This document shows positions 40,901-52,400 of a stretch of 64,000 nucleotides of DNA, in pieces. A program made the translations under genes and the position numbers. This DNA comes from Azolla caroliniana (Eukaryota; Plantae; Polypodiophyta): contig JBHGNT010000004.1 of NCBI GenBank assembly GCA_043228905.1, positions 16,554,001-16,618,000 on the forward strand, in the 5' to 3' direction. Under the pieces are notes generated by a model, which saw only the letters and a list, made by a program, of their open reading frames with translations, did no database searches and was not told the origin of the DNA. The stretch's first letter is position 1, and each line of letters begins with the position of its first letter.

Positions 40901-41527
40901 TGGTCGGTGATCGACACCCCGGAGCTACCTACCAATCCTCGTGCCGGGGATCATTTGGAGAGACTACGCAAGATCCAGACAGATCTCTCGACTCATCTTC
41001 ATCATGCTCAATAGACGCAGAAGACTTACGTGGATTGTCATCAGCTTCCCTCCTCTTTTGCCATCGGAGATCGAGTATGGCTCTTACGTCGTCACATCAA
41101 GACTACTCGACCGTGCGACAAGTTGGATTATCGACGACTCGGTCCTTTCCGTATTACGGGTAAGGTTAATGATGTCACATTCCGCCTTGATCTCCCTCCG
41201 CAGCTTCAGATACATCCGGTTTTCCATTGTTCTCTTCTTGAACCTTATAAGGCAAACACCATTCCCGATCGTGTTACACCACCGCTGCCCCCGCTGGAGT
41301 TGGACGCCGGCCCAGAGTATGAAGTTGCTACCATCCTCGATTCCAAACTTGTTCGCAACAAACTTTATTATTTGGTCGATTGGCTCGGTTATAGTCCAAG
41401 CGAACGTACTTGGGAACCCATCGTGCCTATTGCCAATGCTCATGATCTTCTTGCTGATCTCCACCGAAAGTATCCAGACAAACCCGGTCGGCAATCAGCG
41501 CCGACTCGTTCCACTCGTCGTCTTTAA
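37949..41527 (+). pseudogene. pol: Chromovirus pol (PR-RT-RNaseH-INT-chromodomain), disrupted
   Basis: LLDSGA, MPFGLTNAP, YLDDLLI, DASDFALG, CLDFITDLP, GPF, chromodomain EYEVATIL...YLVDWLGY...TWEP. A 26-bp tandem duplication at 38425-38476 causes one frameshift, and there are several stops. Confidence 0.95.
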
Positions 41528-42884
41528 GGGGGAGATAGTGTCATGATATGGCAAGACTCGAACCCATGACCTTATGCTACATGGGTCGAGCTCTTACCGT
41601 TAGACTATGAATTGTACTACGTAGGATATTATTTTCATTTATGCTTTATCATAGAAAATTGATGTATATTCTAGATCTCTCTGGAACATTCTAGAAGCTT
41701 CAGGATTATTCCTGAGAACACTATAAAAGAGGGCCCTAGGCATTATGTTGAACCAAATTGGTTCAACGCCAGTCTTAAGCCTTTTAGCCATTTTGTACTT
41801 ATCCTTCACATAATATATTGGCTGTCATCATCATCTCTCTCTCTCTCTCTCTCTCATCCTCGCTATCTCTCTCTCGGGAGTCTTACGCAGTTCCGTCCTC
41901 TTAGTACTAATAGTACTGCTCCTCTTTAGTACTAATTCCATCTCTGCTTAGTACTATTCCTGACAGACATAATGGTGACTCTTGACCGTTGGAGTGTCTC
42001 TTCACTCTCAAGGTGAGTTCACACACTAGACCAAGTTGAGCTTGATTCTCAACACTTAAAATAAACGCTGAGGATGTGGTACCAAAAGTTCGACTCCTAC
42101 ATCGGGCAGCTTGGATACTGCCGATTCGACTCCGACCATGTATGTATACTTGACAATTGGCCGATGAGTCTTGGATCTAACTGATCCTATATGTCGAGAC
42201 ATGCTGATTGTAGGAAGCAATCAAGCCGAAATCGGAAAGCTAAAGCGAAGTTTTCACAAAAATTTTGCAATGAAGGAATTCAAACAAGCCCGACACATAT
42301 TGGGCATGAGGATAGAGGGAAATCAGATACCAAAAACTCTTTGACTCTCCCAGTCCAACTATATTCGCAAGGTGTTGAAGCACTTTAACATGGAGAACGC
42401 GAAGCTAGCACCAACACCGCTTCCAACATCGATCCGACTATCGGATAGAGACTCTCCTTCGACAGATAATGAGAGAGAACTAAATGGAAAGATACCCTAT
42501 GCATCGGCCATAAGAAGTATCATGTACGCGATGGTGATGACCCGGCCCGATCTTGCCTATGTTGTAGGGGTAGTCAACCGATACATGTCAAACCCAAGAA
42601 GAAAGCATTGGGAGGCCGTCAAGCACATCTTCAGGTATCTAAGAGGGATCGAAGATGCACAATTGACTTTCGGATTGGCAAACTCGACCAAAGTAGAAGG
42701 CTACATCGACTCTGACTATGCCGAAAATTCAAACAATCGGAATACGACATTAGGCTACATCTTCACCTATGGCAGTGGCGCCATATCATGGAGGTCGAAG
42801 CTGCAAGAGTGCACGACTCTGTCTACCAAAGATACCGAGTACATAGCAACATCAGAAGCAGCGAAGGAAGCGACTTGGCCGTTC

Positions 42885-43120
42885 CGGCCACTGAATTTTG
42901 GTTTGCATTCTCAAACCTGTGGGAAGTTGACATGGCCGAACCACTTGTGCCATAGGTCAATGTCCAACTCGAACTTTTGCCCTTTTTCAAACATTTCCAT
43001 TCTGATTTCTTTGTTTCGAGGATGAACATCCTCCCTTCTTGGCGCCCTTGTGCGATGACTTTGCCCTCTTCTTCGATGAAGCATCCGAGGTGTGTGAACC
43101 GAACTTGCATTCCCTTGTGT
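42885..43120 (-). mobile_element. Short Copia fragment (GAG-pre-integrase region)
   Basis: GMQVRFTHLGCFIEEEGKVIAQGR...DIDLWHKWFGHVNF. Confidence 0.75.
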
Positions 43121-44026
43121 GATGTGTGAGTCTCCACATTTGTCCCATGTCATGATACATTGGCATTGCAAAAAGGCCTCATTTACAGAGGAATCTAGTG
43201 ATGCATCATGAAACAAGTGTCTCGCATCCCATCTACCAAACCATTTTTCTATATCTTGCATCCAACCGGAACACAAAATTTTGCTTTTATGCGTCTTTTG
43301 GATCTTTTTGCTTGCTTCCTATGCAATTCTAGGAAGTCGATGTGAGGGACTTTTTTGAACCTTAAGCATGTATTCAACAACCCTTTCCATCTCAATGGGA
43401 GGCGATCCCGTCTCAAGGAGGAGGGTGTAGGGCGTTTGTTTCTTAACTTGTAGAACATTTGTAAAGAAATGTTTTTGGACATTTTCAAACTCTTTCCACA
43501 TAGATTTAGGGAGGCTACCGCCCCATACTTCCATCCTAGAAGAACCGGTGTCACCAAAGTGTCGAAAAGATATTTCTTGAGGAGCCAACACTTAATATCT
43601 CCAAGATTGCACGTGTTCTCAAATGCATAATATGCTCGTTGACCCGCCTCTAAGAGTCGTGTAGGACATTCATTCCATCTATGATTTGAAGGAACTTCAA
43701 GGACAAGATATTTGAAGCTTTCCACACATTCAAGTGGCTCATTGTTGTACATGATGGCACATGGTTTATCTCATTTTTGGCTCTACACAAGCATAATCTT
43801 TGTTTTAGAGCTATTGACACTTAATTTAGTATGCATGCAAAAAATTTCCAATGCCTTCATAAGTTTTGTGCATCTCCTAAAGTATTTGCAAAAAGAACTA
43901 CATCATCTGCATATATCAAAAGCATATAATCACAACATTCCCAATGGCAACTTCTTCAACACATTATTCCTTTGCAAACTTCGTAACCATTTCTTCCAAT
44001 TCATCAATGCATCGACCAAATTGTGT

Positions 44027-44035
<9 letters not shown>
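43120..44035 (-). mobile_element. RTE-X-like LINE fragment (RT C-terminal half)
   Basis: SPTQFG, LIYADDVV, ESFKYL motifs; shares sequence with the LINE at 25225. Confidence 0.8.
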
Positions 44036-44079
<44 letters not shown>

Positions 44080-44081
<2 letters not shown>

Positions 44082-44682
44082 AAGAAAGATAGGGAAATAA
44101 TTTGCACACAATCAAATAGACAATAAATGATCAACAAAAACTCGATTAACAGCAGAGATAGATAAAATCGCACCTCGAACCCAGAAATGGTAGAACAATC
44201 ACATTAGATACGTGTAGGTGAAACTCCAGTCAAGGAGCACATGGGCTCGCGGTAGTGAGTGGAGGCCTCACGCAACACTGACAGAGGGTGATCACTCGGG
44301 ACTGAATCTCTACCTTCCTAACACTCTAAATTCCCCAAAAGAGAGGAGACAGTCCACAACCATTAGCCTTCCCCATTTTATAGCTTCAAGGGGTGGGATT
44401 ATTATTACAATGGGAATGCCCTGAAATTCCTCTCCTATCAAAGAGGAATCTCTGTCACAATCTTCCTCTTAACTACCCCTCCTTTCTCTCCTACGTGTCA
44501 TTAAAGTACACATCACACGAGTTCCTTTAGTGTATGTTCGCACTTTACATTTTACATTCGACCCTCACTTTGTTCTCCTAATGTGCATGTGCATAAACCC
44601 CTTTTTGTGTGTGTATATGTGCACATGCCCAATTCTCCTGTTTCAGTGGTTTTTCTCGCTGTCGTTGGAATTCTTCACGACA
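44080..44682 (-). repeat. Probable truncated LTR
   Basis: Minus strand begins TGTCGTGAA, as does the solo LTR at 57109, and has CTATAAAA near 44380; it abuts Copia RNaseH. Left end unclear. Confidence 0.45.
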
Positions 44683-45800
44683 TCGTGACAGTCGCTACAT
44701 TTGAAGCCATTTGGCTCAAGTGGCTATTGAAGGATTTGTGGTTGTAGGTGTCCGATCCAACGATGATCTACTATGACAACCTCAACAGTATCCAATTAGC
44801 GAAAAAACCTGTCTTTCACGCTCAGGCGAAGCACATCAAAGTGCATTATCACTTCCTGCCTGAGTGCATTCTCTTTGGTGAAGTGGAACTGGTGTATGTT
44901 CCAATGGATCGGTAGGTGGCAAACGTTTTAACCAAACCTCTCGGGTTTGACAAGTTGTGGTAATCCTCGGGCATGCTTGGGTTACAACACCTCGACTTGT
45001 CGAACTTGAGGGGGAGAGTCAAGGAGAGGCTTGACGAGAGAGCAGTCAAATCGGTTGAGGAAGCCGAATCGAACCAGAGAACGACTGGAAGAAGATCGGC
45101 TAAGGGAAAACAAGCCGACTATAGGGCGAGCGGAACGAGCTAGCCAGACCCAACCAAACACAAGGGGAGAACTGGAAAGGATAGAAAGTTGGGAAGACTT
45201 GGGCTAAGATAGCCAAAGGCTGGATTAAAGACGAATCAGAGACAACCGATTCAGTCAGTGGTGGACGAGCCGAATCATATGAAGGCCAAATGGATGAAAA
45301 GGTAGCCAAAGACGAGGCTAATACGGATGAGCCGACGGGTCGAAGGGTGCCAAATGTGCAGAGGCAAGGAAGCCATGACCTGGGAGTAGACAAGCCAACC
45401 GGAAAAGTTGAGGAGTGAGGAACCGAACGGGTCGTGGAGCGTGAACAAGGAGGTGTGAAACTAGGAGAGGTTGGAGCGATGGACTAGTTGGAGCTAACAA
45501 GGAACCTCAAGTTGAGCTTGAGGGAGAGTGTTGCGAGGCAAGCTCAACATGAGCAGGATCGGATGAAGAAGCTAATAGTTGAGTTGGTTGAGGAGGATCG
45601 GCTGAAGAAGCTGATAAGGAGATCAATTGGGAGCCAACAAGCCATTAGAGGCCTACATTTCTATTTTAGTAAATATGAATACTATTGACATTTAGTGTCA
45701 AAGCTCACGTGGGAGCATTGAAGTATGTATTTAGTACTTCTTGTATGTCCTTTGGATGACTTGTATAAAAGGTGCTTAGTGAGCACATCATCTTCTTGTA
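44683..45800 (+). mobile_element. Ty1/Copia element G, 3' remnant
   Basis: Decayed RNaseH (EAIWLK...KHIKVHYHF), spacer, PPT about 45518-45528, LTR from 45529 similar to Copia A/C LTRs. Confidence 0.8.
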
Positions 45801-46364
45801 CAGAGCGTTATCATTGGTACCAAGTTTGTCATAAATACTTAGATGGTTGAGTGATTCCACCCTGATGGTAATGAAACATTATCATTCCATTCAATTTGTT
45901 AGAGTTATATGCCCTAAATGCGATAAATACTTAAACACTAGAACACTAGAGAAGTCCAATACATTACAAGCCCAATCCATACGAAAATAATAATGGAGAT
46001 AGTGGAATGGGTAAAATCAACGAAGCCCTATCATACGAGATAAGCCTCTATCATCCGCATCATCCGATTAATGAGATTTAAGGTTGCCTGCATTAACTAA
46101 CGATGGAGAACAGCTTGCATTTCTTAATTCCTTTGGTCATGAAACAGATCAATGAGAATTTGCAGTGGCCAGCCTCTCATAAAAATTGGAGATATTATGT
46201 AATTAAAAGTAAATTGGGGACTTAATAATCCACACCTCACAAAGGCGAAGAGTAACAACTTTATTATTTGTACAAATCAAATATAAGAAAGTGAGAGAGG
46301 CGAGTCGTTATATAACCCAGACTCATTATATAAGCAGATCTAGAAGGAAACAGCACCATGAGAG

Positions 46365-46397
46365 TAGGGTTTAGGGTTTAGGGTTTAGGGTTTAGGG
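46365..46397. repeat. Interstitial (TTTAGGG)4 telomere-type repeat
   Basis: Four perfect copies at 46370-46397. Confidence 0.9.
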
Positions 46398-46602
46398 TAC
46401 CCAACACGAGAGAGCAAGAATAATAACAAACAACTCCTTATTTATTGGTCTATATAATTTAATCTTCAACAACAGTAAGAAATGAATTTAGAAAACAGGG
46501 AGGTGGAGAATTGCGTTGATGGGGATGGAGAAGACATGGATGGGGATAATAAAGTAATGGCAGGAAGCTAGTAGAGAGTTGTGAGAAGAGGAGGGAGGGT
46601 GG

Positions 46603-46631
46603 TTTAGGGTTAGGGTTAGGGTTAGGGTTAG
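46603..46631. repeat. TTTAGGG(TTAGGG)3 telomere-variant repeat
   Basis: Directly visible. Confidence 0.85.
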
Positions 46632-46894
46632 TGCAGGAGGAAGGCAGCAGCAAGGGAGGAGAATAGGAAGGGGAAGATGAAGGAGGAGGGGAGATTGGGG
46701 GTGGAATATGAGATGAGAGGAGGAGAGGCACTGGGAGATTGTGCAAGGGCAAATTGAGCCATGGCCAAGAAGGGGAAACAGAGCCCCTCCTCATCACCAC
46801 TATAATCCATCATCATTATCATCATCATCATCATCATCATAAACGCAGACACGATCATCATTTTGCAGGCAAAGAAGAAGGGGAAGAAGGCCAT
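46628..46894 (-). CDS. Putative arabinogalactan (AG) peptide or small GPI-anchored protein
   Basis: Good start context (gcagccATGG), signal-cleavage-like ALA|Q, short QSPSASPP core, hydrophobic C-terminus FIFPFLFSSLAAAFLLH*. Lies in TE-free sequence. The true start Met is uncertain because of an (ATG)n tract. Confidence 0.5.
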   Translation of the reverse strand: MAFFPFFFACKMMIVSAFMMMMMMMIMMMDYSGDEEGLCFPFLAMAQFALAQSPSASPPLISYSTPNLPSSFIFPFLFSSLAAAFLLH

Positions 46895-49472
46895 GGCTGC
46901 TTTGGGTATGGAAGTAAATTACTACTTTGAGGCAATTAATTACAAGGATAAGTTACTACTAACGAAATGCTTCAAAGAAAGGATTGGATGGATATGCCAA
47001 AATGAAGCCAAATGTACATATATATATATATACATATATGTATATGGTATATTCACAGGACATTACATAGTACACACCATCACTATACATACATATATGT
47101 ACATACATACATAGTAGGCACCTCATTTACAAACATCATCCACATTTTGTCCCATCATTGACCATTCCATAAATACATCCTCACATTCCTCACATCTCCC
47201 TTGCCTTGCTACCCTAAAGGATTCAATATACCTGAACCCCCATTTGATTTGGTAGAACCCGTCAATGCTACATTATTCATAGTGTGCCCCATGGTTCCAT
47301 TATTATAAACGCCTTCATTAACCAAGCAATTCAAGTGGATGGGAACGGTTATGAAGTAACAAGCTCGATCTAGGTTGACGAGTAAACACGCGGAGACATT
47401 TTCTGTATGGCGAGAGTAAATTTGAAAATAGATAATAACTAAGAGAAAATTTAAGAAACGTGATTCGAAATCAGAAAATCAAAGGAATAGGTTTCTTTAC
47501 ATGTGACATCTAGAAATAAAGATGTAGAATGCATGATTTCATTTCCATATACATAATAAAATGCAAGAGTGTTTATAGATAATTATTGTTCAAATTGCAT
47601 TGTGAACAATGTATGTTTTCTATGTTTCCTTCAAACAAGAGAAGAATTCTTCCACGAGCTTGTTGAGCTTGAAGAAATTAAACACGTTATTGATATACAA
47701 AAAAGTCTAAAATGGTTTAGAAGATAACCATCATGTGACACGTAGTTAACTAAAACAAAGCACACAATTCAGAAAGTTGAGAATAATCATTATACATTGA
47801 TGGGAGGACCGAAGCGTGATTACAAAAAAGGCTTTGCTTTGATATAAAGGAAGCTCTGGCTCATGTGCTCCGATTTGCCAATATATTGAAACAACTAAGT
47901 GGGTGAAGTGAGAGCTAACCATGGCCATAATATGTTCTAGTATACTAGGTTGTTTAAGTATACTAGATTCAATGCACCCCTTATTTTGTTGATTGTTCTT
48001 TGGTGGTTGGCGTTTTTTCATGCCTAAGCACATTATTTGTAACAACCACATCATTAATTCTGTTTATTGTTCAATGCACAACGCACGTTGCACAGGATTG
48101 CCCCATCTCTTAGGATCAACTAACCCATGTCCAATTGTTGTTCACATGGAACCTTTCTCCACTTCGGTCTTCAAAGTTCTCATTTGAATATTTGCTACTA
48201 CCACCAAGATCTGCATTGGGGGTAGTTTTCCCAAGCTTTATCATCTCAATGGAATCTGTCAACAAGAAAGAGTACCCACATGTTGTCGTTATGTGGTATT
48301 TATAGTTTATGAAAGGTTAAAGATCAAGTTGAAGAAATGACTTGAATGAAAGTGACACGACGAAACTCCAAACAACAAAAAGATATAATTAAACTCGCAA
48401 CGGTTAACCCTTGGATTGATAAGGTCCAAAGTTTGAATATAGTTAGGGGTGACGAAGGGAGAACTGTGATCTATATAGTATGCAAGCTATATCATTGAGG
48501 TATGTGGTAAAAATGAAAAGAGAAATTATGTCAATCAAGTTTCAAGATCAAGTGCTACAAAAATAAACATATTGTTTTGGTAGATAAGCTCTAAAAACCC
48601 ATAAAAAGAGGACTCGACCCATTGCTAGGAAGGAAGGGGAGGATAACTTTTTGCATGAGGCGGAAGCACATGCAAAATTTCATTCATCAAGTTAAGGATA
48701 GTCAATCAAGACAATGTACAAGATTAATTGTCAAAGTGTTTTTAGAATTCAAGCATTGTCAAAGTGTATGGAGCATTCACATCTGGAGGGTAAGAACACG
48801 AACCAAGTTCTTGAGGAGAAGTCAAACTAAAAACGGGAGACATGGAGAAAAGTGAAAGGAGAAAAAGTGGGCCACCTAAAAACAATCTAAAAAAACGCTC
48901 ATAACGCTTTGGTTTGGAACCCAAATATCATGTTCAAAAATGAGTTGGGAGCTTGTGAAGTCAGCTATGTTTAAAATTTTATATCTCTAAATTTTGAGCT
49001 CTGGTGGGGGAGATATGGTGATGAGAAGGTCATTATGTCATAGCTAAAACTAGGAGATGAAAAACTTCTAAAAAAAGTGTGGAAAAGAAAGGAAGGGGAT
49101 GAAATTAGCTAGGAGAGGATACCTTTGTAAGAAGGAAGGGGAGTAAGGCTGTGTTGAGGGGTTCTTGGTTTATTTCTTATGGTGTTTTCTTTCTCGTTCA
49201 TGTAGTGTGGTTGATGTGTTATCAATAGATGTTTGGCGATTTGGATTTATATATCTTCTTTCTCTCTTCTTTCTATCATCATCATTCATTTTTGTGCTCC
49301 AAGGAGGGACGATCTCTTTCGTATCTTGGGAAGGTTGATTGTGTCGTAGTATTGCGTGGATATGGCTTTTCAATTTGTGTTTGTAGGTGATGGCAGTCAA
49401 GATGCAGGAGCTTTTTTGGCATCCTTTGAGCATCATGAGGTTTCAGTTGGGAAGGTGAATGACATAGAGAAA

Positions 49473-52400
49473 TGTTAAGGATTAGGTAATTAATTAAGGA
49501 ATAATTATTACCTAATTATGTGATTAAGTTAAGCAGAAGATTATGTGATATGTGTGTGTATGTGTGTGAGAGGAAGAGAGAAAGAGAAAGAGAGAGAGAG
49601 ACTTATGAATAACACAAGATGGGGGATGAGTAAACTAGAGTGTATATTATAAAACATCATCAAATCCAAAAATACCCACAATGAGGTATATATACATCTC
49701 ATGTGCAAAGGTGCACATGTGTGAGTAGAATATAGGTACTAATGTGTAAGTCATATATTAAATGTACTTAGGAGTGGAGGATCTAGAATATCCCACTTAA
49801 GTACAAGGTCCTATTTAAGGCGTTATAGTCAACACTTCTAACTAGATTCTATCTAGGTAACTATGAAGTTACATTGTTGACTAACTAACTAAACTAAGTT
49901 GAGCTTGATTTCTCAACATGCCCCCTCAAGCTAAGTGTGAGGCGTCCGACATCCGACGTTGTTTTTGGCGTTGTCCGGCTTTCGATGTCGGCTTCTGTGT
50001 GGCTTCCGTCTGGCCTTCGGCTTTCTTCGCCGTGGCAATCTCGGGTCCTCCCCCTCAAGCCAATGACGAAGGCTTGTAGTGTGTGGGCGAAGGTCGGCTA
50101 CTTCCACCCATCATGGGTTACGAGCCGCTTCGGTGGAGCTCTTGGGCTCTTGTTCGGCAACTACCTTCATCGTGAAGGCGTAATGATGGGCCATGTACTT
50201 GTTGTAGCCGTGCCGAGTGACGGGGTTCTTTGCTCTAGATGAGCGTCGAAGTTTTTCGCTCGCCGATGTGAGTGCCTTCTTTACTCCGAGTGTACGCATG
50301 ATGGGTACACCAAAATCACTATCTAGCGAGGGAGCCGATCCATCCGAATCATTGTTGTCGGGGTGATCACCTTCGTATTCGGGCATCTTACGTTTGCCTT
50401 TGTCCAAGTTCGTACTTGGCCGCGATGTGCTTGGGTCCGTGGGGGCTCTTGTGGCCCACTAAGCTTAGTTGTAATTGAACTTTCTTCGAACATGTGTTAG
50501 AAGTGATCTCCATCTTCTACCTCTTGTTCGGTGGATTCCGGGTCGACCAAAGTCAGAGTCGAAGTTGTCTCTGGTGCGTACCACGATGTGGACTCGTCGA
50601 AGACTACGTCTCGACTTACCCGAACCGCTCGGGTAGAAGGGTTGTAACACTTGTACGCCTTCTTCTCGGACGAGTATCCTATGAGGCGACTTTGCGTCAA
50701 GCTTCTGTCGTTGTTCTTTCGGGATGCGATGTCGTGACGATTTTCGGCTACGGTGTGAAACCGAGTGAGACGAATAAACCAAGGATGTGCAACATTGCAC
50801 ATACACTTAGCAAATAAGCCTCCTAAGGCCTAGTGGCACTTGAGTTCATACAGAGGGGTGCAAGCAAGGATTGAACCTTGCACCTCTAAGATACAAGATA
50901 ATTGCCTTACCACTAGGACAACTATCATATAGTGTAGATTTTATGTATTTCCTTTTCATATACAAATTATAGACGAAACAACCATAGAAAACCATGTGCA
51001 CAAAACCATGGTTTTAAACCCATGGTTTGTGCATGACATAAGCAAAACCGTGTGCACAAAACCATGGTTTTAGCCCATGGTTATGTGCATGTCACGAACA
51101 TGGAAAGACCTATAAAAGCCTCTAGTTGGGCTTGTGTAAGGGGGGCTCAATATGTGATATCACCAACACCATTATCATCAATATAATATTTGTCTTTATC
51201 TTCTTCATATTTTTCTACTTCTCAAGTGTACAATTTTTCTTCTTCTCAAGTAAACCATTTTCATTTAATCTTACATTGATCGTCATCTAGCGTCGATAAT
51301 TCCGCGATCATCCTCCCCAGTCCAAGACCCAGGTGGTCGCTCGAGTAGCACACGCACGCGCGAATCTTCGCGACAGCGTACATTCACAAAGCTTCCGAAT
51401 ACCTTGAGGTGCGACAGGATCGGCTTCCTCTGACGAGGAGCTCGTATGGAGTTAGCTCATGGACTCCATTGGTGGTGCACTGGTTCATGAGATAGACGGC
51501 CGTGGATGCCGCGTCGGCCCAATAGAAATTTGGTATGTGCTTTTCATGCATCATGGCGCGTGCTACCTCAAGTATTTGCCGATTTTTCCTTTCGGTGACT
51601 CCATTTTGTTGGGGTGTGTGTCGGCACGAAAATTCTCTCCGAATGCCTTCACTTTGGAGGTAGGAGGTGAACTTGTTGGAGAAGTGCTCCTTTCCTCCAT
51701 CCGATTGTAGGCATCGAATGTGCTGACCGGTTTCTTTTTCGACTTGCCCCTTGAGCTTTTGGAAGTGGGAGAACACTTCGCTCTTCTTCTTCATCGGGTA
51801 GATCCACGCCTAGCGCGAGTAGTCGTCGATGAAGGTTACGTAGTATCGGCATCCGCAGATCGTCGACGTTTGAGCTGGTCCCCATACATCTGAGTGTATG
51901 AAGTCGAGGAGGCCTTTGCTTGCAGAGCTCTCCTTCGGGAATGGGAGTCGATGTTGTTTGCCGAGTTGACGGGCTTCGCATACTCAGTCCACTCGTTTCG
52001 ACTCGAATGTCGGAAGTCCGATGACGACTCCCTTTTTTGCATAGCTCGGAGCCGTTGGAGGTTGATGTGGCCGATTCTTTTGTGCCACAACTCGATGTTC
52101 GTCTCGTTTTTGAGACCTTTAGCATACATTGTCGATTTCACCTCGTTTGAATCGAGGATGAACATTCAACCGTCTCTCCGTCCTTTGGCTATGAGTCGGC
52201 CATCTTTTTTGATGAAACAACCTTCGTTGTTGAAGCGGAGTTGCATGCCTTGCTCCACGATTTGGCTGACCGAGACCAAATTCTTCGTTATTGTGGGCAT
52301 GTGCAAGACATTCTTGATGCAAGTTTGCCCGCCTTCTTTCCCGAATGGGACATTGCCGATGTGCCAAATGGGATGCATGGTGTTGTCTCCTGTCTCTATG

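Larger units (their letters stand above)
36293..41965 (+). mobile_element. Ty3/Gypsy chromovirus (Tcn1/Tf1-like), full length
   Basis: TSD GACAT (36288-36292, 41966-41970), LTRs 36293-36723 and 41539-41965 (TGTCA...TGACA), PPT AAGGGGGAGATAG 41526-41538, domains gag-PR-RT-RH-INT-chromodomain. Confidence 0.97.
30913..42054 (-). mobile_element. Ty1/Copia element E, full length, 5' LTR split by the chromovirus
   Basis: TSD CTTAA (30908-30912, 42055-42059), 3' LTR 30913-31320, PPT 31321-31332, iMet PBS 35973-35984, 5' LTR 35985-36292 plus 41971-42054. Confidence 0.96.
27257..42880 (+). mobile_element. Ty1/Copia element D (Tnt1-like, decayed), split by Copia E; own sequence about 27257-30912 plus 42055-42880
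   Basis: Degenerate PBS TAGTATCAAAGC near 28262, gag, protease WLLDSGATFHVT. RT reads continuously across the insertion (SLYCL|K*TLRMWYQKFDS). RNaseH start at 42372-42880. Confidence 0.8.

Noticed and set aside
44165-44200. B-box-like GGTTCGAG on the minus strand of the LTR-like segment
   Set aside because: Poor 3' half and no A-box at suitable spacing.
46200-46450. Telomerase RNA gene
   Set aside because: The repeat is over four units long rather than about 1.5 template units, and I saw no clear USE-TATA type-3 promoter.
47600-49470. Short ORFs or a possible gene
   Set aside because: No coding motifs or coherent splice structure; probably the decayed LTR/leader of the old Gypsy element, with boundaries I cannot support.
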